A stretch of DNA of 55,167 bases from Bacteroidota bacterium. GTDB lineage: Bacteria > Bacteroidota > Bacteroidia > Bacteroidales > JAIFNL01. Each line of letters opens with the position of its first letter. The stretch's first letter is position 1. The DNA is taken from NCBI GenBank assembly GCA_020047755.1, contig JAIFNL010000003.1:1-55167 (forward strand), given 5' to 3'. The notes under the pieces are model-generated. The model saw nothing but the letters and a program-made list of their open reading frames with translations. It was not told the DNA's origin and did not search any database. Positions 1 to 10,008 of the stretch are shown piece by piece. The translations under genes and the position numbers were made by a program.

Positions 1-176
1 AATTCATCTACAACAGCAACTTAGGATTAGGTTTTGCCTATAAATTTGGGCACAAAGTATATATGAATGTAGAGCCCAGTTTTAAATATTCATTGGTGCC
101 TTTAAATAAGAATTACCCAATTTATTACCGACCTTATTATTTTACAATATTTACTGGGTTAAGCTATAAATTTTAA
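1..176 (+). CDS. 3' end of probable outer-membrane beta-barrel protein (partial, enters from left edge)
   Basis: Frame 3 reads FIYNSNLGLGFAYKFGHKVYMNVEPSFKYSL...FTIFTGLSYKF* (TAA 174-176). It has alternating hydrophobic strands and the C-terminal Y-x-F beta-signal. Not in the ORF track. Confidence 0.7.
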   Translation, partial: FIYNSNLGLGFAYKFGHKVYMNVEPSFKYSLVPLNKNYPIYYRPYYFTIFTGLSYKF

Positions 177-327
177 TCACTTTTTTTTGAAAACACAATC
201 TGAATTACAAATTAAGCACCAGTGCTATTTTATTCTTGAGCAAACCTTTTGCTATTTGCTTATTTTTAAGCACTTGGCAAAATAATATACAATTAATTTT
301 GGTTCACTACTATTTGTGAAATTTAAT

Positions 328-360
328 ATCCACGAGAAAGCAACATCTCGTGGATTTTTT
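328..360 (+). terminator. Rho-independent terminator
   Basis: ATCCACGAGA / TCTCGTGGAT perfect 10-bp stem followed by a T run. Confidence 0.7.
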
Positions 361-1101
361 CTAATCAAAAACATCAAATTCGCTTTTTTTAGCGTTTTTG
401 TAACAAATAAATTTTATATACACCAAATGAGTAAATTTAAAATATGAATTAAATCATTGATTAACAGTGGATATTGATACTTTCCTATTTGTAATTATCG
501 TACTAGATGTATAAAAAAATAAGCATAACCTCAATATTTCACATAGGCAAAAAGATAAGCTAAAATTGCTTACATTACTCGTTGTTAAGATTCTATATGC
601 TTGTAGAAACACTCAAATACTCAATAAAATATTCCCGAATTAACTCATCGAATTTTTAAATTTTTTGTTTGCGGTTTGTTTTTAAATGTTTGAATATTAT
701 ATTATTAATTATATATTTCGATGTAAGATAATATTTTGCTTCAAAACAAAATACTATTTTAATTTATTTTTTATAAAAAAAACAAAAAAAACATTCATTT
801 TTTTATGAATTATTAAATAAATTTTGTAACTTGCATTGAAAGTTAAACGAAACGATTTGCTTTTTATAAAAAGTGCAGGTTTTCGTGAAAATCTATTTTA
901 TTAATTTAAACCATTTAACAATGTATAAAAAGTGGCGACTTAAAAAAAACAGTTAATTTACCCTATTTTTCAGGTTTTTAAATTCTAGATTTAACAAACT
1001 GAAAGAACTATTTTCTCTGATTATTAAATTTTAGTCGCTATCAATATACAAAATTAGAATCTTAAACTGCTAAAAAATAACAACTACTAAAACTAAAAGC
1101 T

Positions 1102-1971
1102 ATGAATACTGATAAGAATAAAATTCTTGTACCGGTTGATTTTACTGAGGTTTCTAATGCTGCCATTCAACATGCAACGCTTTTGGCAAAGCAAATAGGT
1201 GCCGAAATTAATTTGCTTCATGTTATTGAAAAACCTTTCATTTTTATAGGAAAAAAAAATCGTTACGAAGACCAAATAATAGAAGCCGGAACTCAAAATC
1301 GGCTTCAAGAATTGGCTGACAGAATAGAACGCGAAGAAAAACTTTCTACCGATATTTTGGCGGTTCAAGGTAATATTTACGACACTATTACAGCCGTAGC
1401 AAGTGAAATTTCTGCCAATTTTGTAGTTATGGGAACTCATGGTGTAAAAGGAATTCAGCACCTTACCGGAAGTAATGCCTTAAAAGTTATTTACCATTCG
1501 CCAGTTCCGTTTATGCTTACCCAAAGCAAAGGACCCGTAAATGAAATGTACGATAATATTGTTTTTCCGCTTGATTCGCAACACGAATCAATTCAAAAAA
1601 CCGATTGGGCTATCTTTTTTGCAAAAAAATTTAATTCTAAAATCAATATTTTGATTCCTACCGAAGCCGACACTTATTTAGCTAAGCGCGTAAAAAATAA
1701 CTTGGGATATGTAAAAGGAAAACTCGATAAACAAAATGTTTCCTACACTGTCAATGTTTCAACACGCGACAGTGCTTATTTAGCCGACGAAACCAACAGA
1801 TATGCCGCTGAAATTAATGCCAATTTAATTCTAATTATGATTTATCCAAGCCGTGGTGCAGGCGAATTTTTTATTACCCCTTCACAACAAAAAATGATTT
1901 CAAATCCTTCCGAAATTCCTGTGATGTGCATTAACCCGGGAGCTTTATTTACACTTCAAACCATTGCTTAA
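1102..1971 (+). CDS. Universal stress protein (tandem USP domains)
   Basis: KILVPVDFTEVS start, VVMGTHGVKG motif, second domain starting NIVFPLD; 289 aa. Confidence 0.92.
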   Translation: MNTDKNKILVPVDFTEVSNAAIQHATLLAKQIGAEINLLHVIEKPFIFIGKKNRYEDQIIEAGTQNRLQELADRIEREEKLSTDILAVQGNIYDTITAVASEISANFVVMGTHGVKGIQHLTGSNALKVIYHSPVPFMLTQSKGPVNEMYDNIVFPLDSQHESIQKTDWAIFFAKKFNSKINILIPTEADTYLAKRVKNNLGYVKGKLDKQNVSYTVNVSTRDSAYLADETNRYAAEINANLILIMIYPSRGAGEFFITPSQQKMISNPSEIPVMCINPGALFTLQTIA

Positions 1972-2022
1972 ATTTATGCAAAATGCAGTAATTTAATATT
2001 TTAACTGATGGTTTTTAATAAT

Positions 2023-2060
2023 TAGCCCGCAAAATTTTTATTTTGTGGGCTATTTTATTT
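2023..2060. terminator. Probable bidirectional terminator between convergent genes
   Basis: TAGCCCGCAAAA / TTTTGTGGGCTA stem (one G-U pair) with AT-rich flanks. Confidence 0.65.
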
Positions 2061-2119
2061 TGTTGAGTTAAAATAAAATATTTTTGTATTATTATAAAAA
2101 AAAGAACAGTACTTTTGCT

Positions 2120-2602
2120 TTAAAAATTTCCTGCCTCTAAATCCAAAACCCTTTTGGTCAAATCGGCATTTATTCCTGTGCGGATAGCTTCAAAAAACTC
2201 TTCTATTTCTTGGCTCGACATGATTGCCGAGTTTCGGTCGTTTGTAATGCGGTAATATTTTTCAGCCAAAGCACTTAAATTTTGAAAATACTTTGAATTG
2301 TAGCCTATTTTTACATCAGAAGTGTTTTTTGTAGCCGAAATCTGCGAAATTAACGCCTCTATATCCGGTTTCAAAATAATCATAACTTCCTGTTTTACTT
2401 GCTCTTTGTCTATTGATAAGTCAGATTTTTTCAAAACAGACATTGTTAGCTTTTTTTGAACAAAATTTTCGTATTTTTTGTCTATTTCCATGATTATTTT
2501 TCCGGCTCTGCTAGCCGCATTTGCCGAAAGGCGGCTGCCAAATAGCACTAAAACTATAAAAATAGCAAGAGCAATAAGCGAAATTTCAATTAAAAATCCC
2601 AT
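2120..2602 (-). CDS. Hypothetical protein with N-terminal membrane anchor
   Basis: 160-aa ORF with hydrophobic residues ~3-21 and a helical remainder; starts 7 bp after the upstream gene. Confidence 0.7.
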   Translation of the reverse strand: MGFLIEISLIALAIFIVLVLFGSRLSANAASRAGKIIMEIDKKYENFVQKKLTMSVLKKSDLSIDKEQVKQEVMIILKPDIEALISQISATKNTSDVKIGYNSKYFQNLSALAEKYYRITNDRNSAIMSSQEIEEFFEAIRTGINADLTKRVLDLEAGNF

Positions 2603-2609
2603 AGTTTTT

Positions 2610-3575
2610 TTATTTTAGAAGTTTTGATACCATAATTCCTGTTTGACTTTTGTTTGCCAGGAGCATATTTTCCAAGCTTAGTTCAGAAATTTCTACCTTT
2701 TTACTTTTGCTCGAAGCGTGCATTAAGCGCAACTCCCCATTTTGGTGAATTGCAAAACCCGTATGCGCTATTTCGATGCCCTTAAAGTTTGTTGTAATTG
2801 CAATTATTGCTCCGTCTGGAATTAATTTTTTATATTTATTTATTTCATTTTCAGGTATATAAAAATATTTCCGCGCCGAAATTTCTTTCTCTTTCTCTTG
2901 TATAACCTGCAACAAGCTGTCGCTATTTATCAGCGGATATTTTGTATGGTTCTGGCTCATTATAAACAGATTAACAGCATAAGGAGTGTTGGCTATTTCT
3001 GCCGAAAGTTGCTTAATTTTTCCACTTTTTTCGTTTTCATAAAGCCAATCCGAAAAATAATGCAAGCGTGAAGCATACGATTCTATTACTCCATTTCGGT
3101 AACGAATCTTTTTTAATTCTGTTGTAAAGCTTTCAAAATCAGTTTTTTCACTTTTTATTAAACTCGATAAAGAACTACAACTTTCTACAAAAGTAACACA
3201 ATCAAGCGCACTTAAATTGATGGTAAGTTGTTCACTTTTATTTTTATCTAAAATTCCACCCACATATTCAGTTCCAAGTAGCTCATTACCAACTAATAAA
3301 ATAATTTCGCCTAATTCTTTTTTATACCACGCATTCTTTTTTCCCTTTTCAAGAATTTCAGTTACTTTCAGCACATCGCTTTCTGAGTATATTGCATCTA
3401 TTTCATTGATAGGCAATAAATTAGTGGATATATTTATTGCCGATTGCTCCATTGGTTTGGGAGGAGTGGTGCACCAGAAAAACAGAAAAAATGGAAATAA
3501 AAGAAGTAGTTGCATTTTCATCATTTTATTTTGTAATATCTTAACTGTGAATGAAATAATTGTTCTTTTGCTCAA
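2610..3575 (-). CDS. DUF1460 / AmiA-like N-acetylmuramoyl-L-alanine amidase (NlpC/P60-related), probable lipoprotein
   Basis: LDCVTFVE catalytic Cys, RLHYFSDW, IAHTGFA and HASS motifs. True start is probably the ATG near 3524 rather than TTG 3575. Confidence 0.85.
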   Translation of the reverse strand: MSKRTIISFTVKILQNKMMKMQLLLLFPFFLFFWCTTPPKPMEQSAINISTNLLPINEIDAIYSESDVLKVTEILEKGKKNAWYKKELGEIILLVGNELLGTEYVGGILDKNKSEQLTINLSALDCVTFVESCSSLSSLIKSEKTDFESFTTELKKIRYRNGVIESYASRLHYFSDWLYENEKSGKIKQLSAEIANTPYAVNLFIMSQNHTKYPLINSDSLLQVIQEKEKEISARKYFYIPENEINKYKKLIPDGAIIAITTNFKGIEIAHTGFAIHQNGELRLMHASSKSKKVEISELSLENMLLANKSQTGIMVSKLLK

Positions 3576-3734
3576 AGAAAACCTTTGAATTTAGCTTGTC
3601 AAATATAGTTAATTAAATCGAATTTTAACCAAATTTTATACTTTTATTTTAATTCTTTCTATTTTTGAATTTATTTCTTTTTTTCAAAAGGTAATTTTTA
3701 GAACTACCTTTTAACCCTTAACTTTTAAATAACT

Positions 3735-4223
3735 ATGATTCAATCGTTTGACCCTATTATTTTTCCAGATACGAAAATTTTAGTTTTGGGCAGTATTCCC
3801 GGTGAACTATCGCTGCAACAGCATGAATATTACGGAAATAAAAATAATGCGTTTTGGAAAATATTATTTTCTCTTTTTGAAACAAATTTTTCTCATGATT
3901 ATTCTGATAAAATTAACTTGTTGGAAAAAAGCAAGATAGGACTTTGGGACACTATTTTTTCTTGTCAAAGAAAAGGAAGCTCTGATGCTGCAATTCAAAA
4001 TGTAATTGTAAATCAAATTGCAGATTTATGTCTCAAATATCAGAATATCAACTATATAGCTTTTAACGGAAAAACTTCGGAAAACTATTTTCGTAAGTAT
4101 ATTGGAACAGTTCAAAATGTTAAATTTTTAAGCTTGCCTTCTACAAGTCCAGCAAATGCCCAAATGAATTTTGAAACAAAATTGAATAAATGGAAAATTT
4201 TAGTAGAAAAGTTGAATCTATAA
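3735..4223 (+). CDS. DNA-deoxyinosine (hypoxanthine) glycosylase, UDG superfamily family 6
   Basis: LVLGSIPG..SL...YY..NNAFW, GLWD, FNGK and LPSTSPANA motifs. Confidence 0.88.
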   Translation: MIQSFDPIIFPDTKILVLGSIPGELSLQQHEYYGNKNNAFWKILFSLFETNFSHDYSDKINLLEKSKIGLWDTIFSCQRKGSSDAAIQNVIVNQIADLCLKYQNINYIAFNGKTSENYFRKYIGTVQNVKFLSLPSTSPANAQMNFETKLNKWKILVEKLNL

Positions 4224-4368
4224 TTTGCTTATCTTTAGCTATTTAGTGTTTTTTAAGATATTTTTTTATTTTTAAATTAAACCTTTTTTGTTTTCACGCA
4301 TCATATTATTAAACAAATTAAAATAACTATTTTTTTTTTACAGTATTAATAAATTAAATTTAAGGTTT

Positions 4369-5220
4369 ATGAAAAATTTAAAATTATCATTCGTGTTAGC
4401 ATTTTTTTCATTTGCTATTTTTACATTTACTGCTTGCGAAAAAGAAGCGACTTTAGATGCAAATTCAGATGATTTGTCAGATATTGAATTGACTGAAAAT
4501 GCGTTTGAACTTATTGAAATAGAAGAAGCTACAAATTTTAGTATGGAAATGAAAGCTGAAGAAAAAACAGGCTTCGCTTGCATGACCGTTACAATTCACC
4601 CCAACCAAAATGGAACTTTCTGGCCTCATGGCGCAACTCTCGACTTTGGCTCAGTAAATTGCACTGCTCCAAACGGGCACACTTATAGGGGAAAAATTCA
4701 TGTAACGCAAACCGCTTATTGGAATTTGCAAGGCGCAACCCGCACCACTACTTTTGAAGATTTCTACATCGATGATTACAAAATTGAGGGAACTAAAGTG
4801 CTAACAAACAATGGATTAAATAACGATTTGCACATTTCTTTCACGCAAACTATTACTGGCGGAAAAATTACAACTCCTGATGGCACAGCATTTATAACCT
4901 GCAATTCAACGCGCACACGCGAATTGCTTGAAGGCGCACTCACACACACATACTTGGATAATGTGTATCAAATTACAGGAAATGAAAATGGATCTACTTG
5001 GAATGGAAATACTTACACAAAAACAATAACTGTTCCTTTGCGCAAATCTGCAGCTTGTAAATTTCCCGAAAGTGGAAAGGTTGAATTTGTTATAAATGAC
5101 CAAGAACCAATTGTTTTGGACTATGGCGACGGTACTTGCGATGCAAAAGCGACCCTTTCGAGAGGCGACGAAGTATTAGAAATAATTTTAGGTGAAAAAT
5201 TTAAAGCAAAAAAAGAGTAA
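4369..5220 (+). CDS. Hypothetical lipoprotein
   Basis: Signal peptide ending FTAC (lipobox). Beta-rich Thr/Gly-rich body with paired Cys (DFGSVNC, DYGDGTCD). Confidence 0.8.
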   Translation: MKNLKLSFVLAFFSFAIFTFTACEKEATLDANSDDLSDIELTENAFELIEIEEATNFSMEMKAEEKTGFACMTVTIHPNQNGTFWPHGATLDFGSVNCTAPNGHTYRGKIHVTQTAYWNLQGATRTTTFEDFYIDDYKIEGTKVLTNNGLNNDLHISFTQTITGGKITTPDGTAFITCNSTRTRELLEGALTHTYLDNVYQITGNENGSTWNGNTYTKTITVPLRKSAACKFPESGKVEFVINDQEPIVLDYGDGTCDAKATLSRGDEVLEIILGEKFKAKKE

Positions 5221-5265
5221 AAAAAAGAAATTAAATTTTAATTTTGCTTGATTTTATTTAATTTT

Positions 5266-5299
5266 GAGGCTTGCTTATTTTTTAAGCAAGCCTTTTTTT
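5266..5299 (+). terminator. Rho-independent terminator
   Basis: AGGCTTGCTTA / TAAGCAAGCCT 11-bp stem plus T tract. Confidence 0.8.
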
Positions 5300-5511
5300 A
5301 TTTATTTAATTGAAAAAAACATTATTTTTGTTGTTGTAATTATTTGATTATTAATATTATTTATTTTTTTTCGTTTCATAAGTAGTTTATTTCATTTTAT
5401 TTTCGTAAAAATCAAATTTCAGTTTACTTTTTTTCAAAAAAAATATTTATTTTAGAAAATAAAATAATCAATTTCTATTGGTTTTTATATACTTTAACCT
5501 TATTTTTTGCT

Positions 5512-7539
5512 GTGAAGACTATAAAATTATATCTATTCCATTTATTTTTACTTTTGGCATTTAGAGCAAATGCTGAAGGAAATTTGACGGTTAAAATACA
5601 ATTGGAAGAAGATGGAAAACTTGTTTCTGATGCCAAAATAACCGCAATTGCTGACAAAGATACTGTTGTTTTAGACGGAACAACCTCTAAAAAATACGAT
5701 TTGGTGCTCAAATTTGGGCATTTTTATAGAGTCGAAGTTTCTAAAAAAGGATATTTATCTAAAAAATTTACAGTCGATGCTCGTTTTCCAACTACCTTGA
5801 GGCAAAAAAGTTTTTCGGTGGATATAAATCTGCGAATTTTTAAGTTGTATCCTGAAATAAATTACGATGAATATCTAGTTAATGCCATTAAAATTAACTT
5901 CATAGGTAATAGTAGTGGAGGATATTTCAGCTACGTAATTAGCAGTTTTCAGTATCAAGAAAAACTCGACAATAGTTTAGATGCCAAAATTCGCCAGCTA
6001 AAAGGCGGAAGGCTTGTCGAAACCGATACAAAAATAAAAGAACTATCCCCTCAAATACTCGAACTTTTTGAAAATCAGTATAAATCGAAGCTGGAAAAAG
6101 AATCGCTGAGCTTACTTGCAGAAGCTTACAAAGCAGCAAACGAAATAAGAGTTAGAGCAAGAGAAAGTGCTGAAAAAGAGCATGATGTAATAATTAATGC
6201 TGCAAAAGAACGCTCTAAAAACATTTCTGAATCGGATTTATCATATATTAATAGCCAAAGCAGCAAAGAACTGATAGATAATAATAAAAATATACTGAAA
6301 AACAATCAGTTACCCGATGAAAAAAAAATGCAAGACAAGCAGCGAAAATACGATGCCCTTGCCAATAAATCCGGTAAAACTTTAGAAGATAGTATTAAAT
6401 TGCATATTGCAGATATTTCGCTTCAACGCGATAAAGTAGGCAAAGCTAGATACGTTCTGGAATTGATGAAACTTAGGGCTAAAACTCACGAAGACAGCAT
6501 GTTAATTCAAGAACGTGAAGCCGAAATTCTTCTTGCCGAAAAAGAAATATCGGATACTGAAAAGGCTCTTTTGTATGCAAACAACAAAATTAGGTTGCAA
6601 GAATTTGAAATTAAAAATCAGAGAATAATTGTTTTTTCTATTTTAATTTTCTTAGTAGTTGTGCTCGTTTTCTTGTTTTTCTTGTATCGAAATTACAAGC
6701 AAAAACAAAAAATGAACCAAATTTTGGCTCAAAAAAACGAAGAAATAACCGACAGTATCGAATATGCTCAAAAAATTCAAAACGTTATTCTGCCTGAGCT
6801 TTCAGAATTGAATGCTGTTTTTACTGATGCTTTTGTATTTTTTAACCCCAAAGATATTGTTTCTGGCGATTTTTATTGGTTTAAGAAGCTTGAAAATAAG
6901 CTTTTTTTCTCGGTTATTGATTGTACTGGGCATGGGGTTCCGGGGGCAATAGTTAGTATAATTGGCTTCGACGGACTAGAGCGTGCTTTGAATGAATTTA
7001 AGCTTCGAAAACCTTCCGAAATTTTGGATAAGCTAAACGAAATAGTTACTTCTATTTTGTCTAAATCGCAGAAAACCAATGTAAAAGACGGAATGGATGT
7101 TGCTCTTTGTTCTTTTTCTTATGATACGTATCATCTGGAATTTGCCGGAGCACACAACCCGATTTATATTTTATCTGAAAAGGAACAAATTATTGATAAT
7201 CAGACTATAATAAAACCTTCCTATACCGAAAATTCACATTTTTTGTTTGAAATAAAAGCCGATAGGCAAGCCATTGGTAAAAGTGCAAAAGGCTTTGTTA
7301 ATCATACAATTAAGCTTTCCAAAGGCGATAAGATTTATCTTTTTTCAGATGGTTTTCCTGACCAATTTGGTGGCGAAAATTTAGAAAAATATAAGTATAA
7401 AAATTTCAAAAAATTACTTTCCGATATTCATCAAAATGATATGCAGGCTCAATATCATTTGATTTATAATGCTTTAGAAGATTGGAAAGGTAACTATGAG
7501 CAAATTGATGACATTTGCATAATGGGAGTGGAAATTTAA
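5512..7539 (+). CDS. Membrane-bound SpoIIE/RsbU-family PP2C phosphatase with exported N-terminal domain
   Basis: Signal peptide, coiled-coil, single TM (IIVFSILIFLVVVLVFLFFLY), then VSGDFYW, DCTGHGVPGA, DGMD, FSDGFPDQFGG and QIDDI motifs. GTG start. Confidence 0.9.
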   Translation: MKTIKLYLFHLFLLLAFRANAEGNLTVKIQLEEDGKLVSDAKITAIADKDTVVLDGTTSKKYDLVLKFGHFYRVEVSKKGYLSKKFTVDARFPTTLRQKSFSVDINLRIFKLYPEINYDEYLVNAIKINFIGNSSGGYFSYVISSFQYQEKLDNSLDAKIRQLKGGRLVETDTKIKELSPQILELFENQYKSKLEKESLSLLAEAYKAANEIRVRARESAEKEHDVIINAAKERSKNISESDLSYINSQSSKELIDNNKNILKNNQLPDEKKMQDKQRKYDALANKSGKTLEDSIKLHIADISLQRDKVGKARYVLELMKLRAKTHEDSMLIQEREAEILLAEKEISDTEKALLYANNKIRLQEFEIKNQRIIVFSILIFLVVVLVFLFFLYRNYKQKQKMNQILAQKNEEITDSIEYAQKIQNVILPELSELNAVFTDAFVFFNPKDIVSGDFYWFKKLENKLFFSVIDCTGHGVPGAIVSIIGFDGLERALNEFKLRKPSEILDKLNEIVTSILSKSQKTNVKDGMDVALCSFSYDTYHLEFAGAHNPIYILSEKEQIIDNQTIIKPSYTENSHFLFEIKADRQAIGKSAKGFVNHTIKLSKGDKIYLFSDGFPDQFGGENLEKYKYKNFKKLLSDIHQNDMQAQYHLIYNALEDWKGNYEQIDDICIMGVEI

Positions 7540-7541
7540 AA

Positions 7542-8234
7542 CTAGACCGAAAAATAGTTTTCTAGTTCTTTTAGCGTATTTTCATTGCGTTGAAAATCCT
7601 TGATTATTTTTCCATTTTCCAGCAAACAAATTCGTTTACTTACATCAGTTAAGTGGTTCAAATCGTGGCTCGAAATAAGTAGAGTTGTTTGTTTATCCAA
7701 ATTTAATTTTTTAAGGATATTCTTGAGTTGAATTTGCGAGCGAGGGTCTAAATGTGCAAAAGGTTCGTCGAGAATTAAAATTTCTGGGTTGCCTATCAAT
7801 GAGGCAATTATGCCTATTTTTACTTTATTGCCTTCCGACAAATCTCTAATGTATTTTTTTTGAGAAAAAATATCTTCAGGCAAAAAATCTTTGTATTCAT
7901 TTGCCAATAAATCAAGCTCTTGGGCTGTTTTATTGTAAAGTTTGCCTATAAAATGGAAATACTCTTTGGTTGTTAAAAAATCAATCAAAAAACCGTTATT
8001 TAAGAATGCTGATGTGAAAAATTTCCATTCTTCACTTTTTGAAACCTCATATTCTTTTATAGCAACGTTTCCTTTGTCGGGTTTTATCAAGTCCATAATT
8101 AAATTGAAAAGCGTAGATTTACCTGCGCCGTTGTTGCCAACTAAGCCAAAGCTTTCGCCTTTTTCTATTTCTAAGTTTTCAATTGAAAGTTGGAATCTTT
8201 TATATTTTTTTAGTAGATTTACTGCTTTTATCAT
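7542..8234 (-). CDS. ABC transporter ATP-binding protein
   Basis: Walker A GNNGAGKST, signature LSEGN, Walker B ILILDEP, SSHD switch. Confidence 0.93.
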   Translation of the reverse strand: MIKAVNLLKKYKRFQLSIENLEIEKGESFGLVGNNGAGKSTLFNLIMDLIKPDKGNVAIKEYEVSKSEEWKFFTSAFLNNGFLIDFLTTKEYFHFIGKLYNKTAQELDLLANEYKDFLPEDIFSQKKYIRDLSEGNKVKIGIIASLIGNPEILILDEPFAHLDPRSQIQLKNILKKLNLDKQTTLLISSHDLNHLTDVSKRICLLENGKIIKDFQRNENTLKELENYFSV

Positions 8235-8256
8235 TGTGTTTATTCAAAAATATAGG

Positions 8257-8949
8257 TTATTTTTTTATTTTTTCAACGGTTGTAAATTCGGGAAAAATTA
8301 ATTTCATTGTTTCTACATTCTTTTTTGCATAACTAATTGATAATAAATAGAAAATGCCGAAAATAAGAAAGGCGAATAAATACATAATTTCAATATTTTC
8401 TGCTATTTTGCTCTCAACCGAATGTAGAAAAGTACGAAGTGCTACTGGATTTTCCGAATTTCCGATTGAGCTGAATACAAGAAAAGGAAAAATTGCGCCA
8501 GCAATTATGCTAGCATGCCTATAAGTTCGAGCTTGTACTTTTTTTGTTTTGATAGAATACCACGAAATTAAACTCGAAAAACCTGCAAAAAGGATAAGAA
8601 TAAAAAAAGCAATCCAAAGATTTACTATAATAGAAACCAGCAAAAAATGAATTATAAAAAGTATTGTTTTGTGTTCAAATACATCAAAAAGCATAAAAAT
8701 ATGAGCTAATTTAGTGCTTGAAAACTCACTTTTATTTAAAATTCCTGTTCTATTGATGCTTTGTTTGTAGTACGTTTGAATAGCAAACAAATTGAGGAAA
8801 AGAATAAAAGTAGAGAGCGTGAAAAGCTCGTACTTTAACAAAATAAACTCTGAAAAAACGAAGAGTGCAAAAGTAAAGAAGAGTTCTGTTTTTTTCGATT
8901 TTATTTCTGTTAGCACTAGTTGATTGTGCAGTTTGAATAAATGTAACAT
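8257..8949 (-). CDS. Polytopic membrane protein, possible ABC permease
   Basis: About 6 hydrophobic segments; lies directly upstream of the ABC ATPase. Confidence 0.65.
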   Translation of the reverse strand: MLHLFKLHNQLVLTEIKSKKTELFFTFALFVFSEFILLKYELFTLSTFILFLNLFAIQTYYKQSINRTGILNKSEFSSTKLAHIFMLFDVFEHKTILFIIHFLLVSIIVNLWIAFFILILFAGFSSLISWYSIKTKKVQARTYRHASIIAGAIFPFLVFSSIGNSENPVALRTFLHSVESKIAENIEIMYLFAFLIFGIFYLLSISYAKKNVETMKLIFPEFTTVEKIKK

Positions 8950-8983
8950 TTTTATTTATAGTATTTTAAGTTCGAAATTAAGT

Positions 8984-9934
8984 TTATTTTGTAAAATTGT
9001 TTTTCTCTTTCAAAATTGGGTCTAATGTAAAATAGCTTATTTCAAAAAGAATTTCATTGTTTTGAATAGCATATAAGACATTCAAATCTACTTCGTTTTT
9101 ATCATTCAACTTTTGATAAAGTTTTAAGGTATTCTCTGTATTTTTTGAATCTATAAGCGTTAAGAGTGCGTAAATTTTTTTCTTGTCGAATGTATTTAGT
9201 TGAATATCAGTATTTTCTATTAAATTCTTGTATTCTATTTTCCTAAAAAGCGAAAGGTAATTTTGAATTTCTTCACGATTGAAGTTTTCTATTTTTTTCT
9301 GTTCAAAATCGAAAAATTCAATTTTCTTATTGTTGATTATTCTAAAGGATTTTTCATTTTCAGCTGGATAGCTCAATTCTACAGATTTTATTTCGTTGGG
9401 CAAATAATCGATTACTGTTTTAGAACGCCAAAACGCAGGATTGGTGCTAAAATAAGCTGCCAAATTTTTATTCATTCCGGGTACATACAAAATCAACGGG
9501 CTTTCCGAATTTTCAGACCAGAAATAACTACCCATTTTGTTAGTTAAATTATTGATTTTGAATGTTTTAGTTCCTATAAAATTGCCAGAAAGCTCTAATT
9601 GAAAATAGTTTGTTTTCAACGATTTTTCAACAGAATCTAGGGCTGAATTAGGCACTGTTGATTGAATTTGTAATTGATTAAAAATTTTTAAAATATCATA
9701 AATTGCCTCATTTCTAGCAGTATAGGAATTATTGATTTTCCAGTTGCTTTTTTGTCTTTCTAAAATTAGAGAATTTTTGGCATCGCTTACTTTTATTTTG
9801 TTGATAGAAGCAGTGTCTTCAACAACAAAATATTTCAGCTCTTTCTCTAAGGTTCCTTTTTTGGAACTCATAAAATAGACTAAAATAGCTGAAATTAAGA
9901 CAATTAGTAAACCAAAAATTTTAGCGGGTTTCAT
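8984..9934 (-). CDS. DUF4340-like exported protein (gldG-associated)
   Basis: N-terminal anchor and a WRSKTVIDY-type motif; position downstream of gldG. Confidence 0.65.
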   Translation of the reverse strand: MKPAKIFGLLIVLISAILVYFMSSKKGTLEKELKYFVVEDTASINKIKVSDAKNSLILERQKSNWKINNSYTARNEAIYDILKIFNQLQIQSTVPNSALDSVEKSLKTNYFQLELSGNFIGTKTFKINNLTNKMGSYFWSENSESPLILYVPGMNKNLAAYFSTNPAFWRSKTVIDYLPNEIKSVELSYPAENEKSFRIINNKKIEFFDFEQKKIENFNREEIQNYLSLFRKIEYKNLIENTDIQLNTFDKKKIYALLTLIDSKNTENTLKLYQKLNDKNEVDLNVLYAIQNNEILFEISYFTLDPILKEKNNFTK

Positions 9935-10008
9935 GGTTTGTTTTTTTAAGATAAACGATATTTTTTTATTTCAAAACCAATAAAATAATAAGGCAATTTA
10001 ACAATTTA

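Noticed and set aside
3686-3712. AAAAGGTA / TACCTTTT inverted repeat upstream of the glycosylase
   Set aside because: It is short and AT-rich with no second supporting feature, so it could arise by chance.
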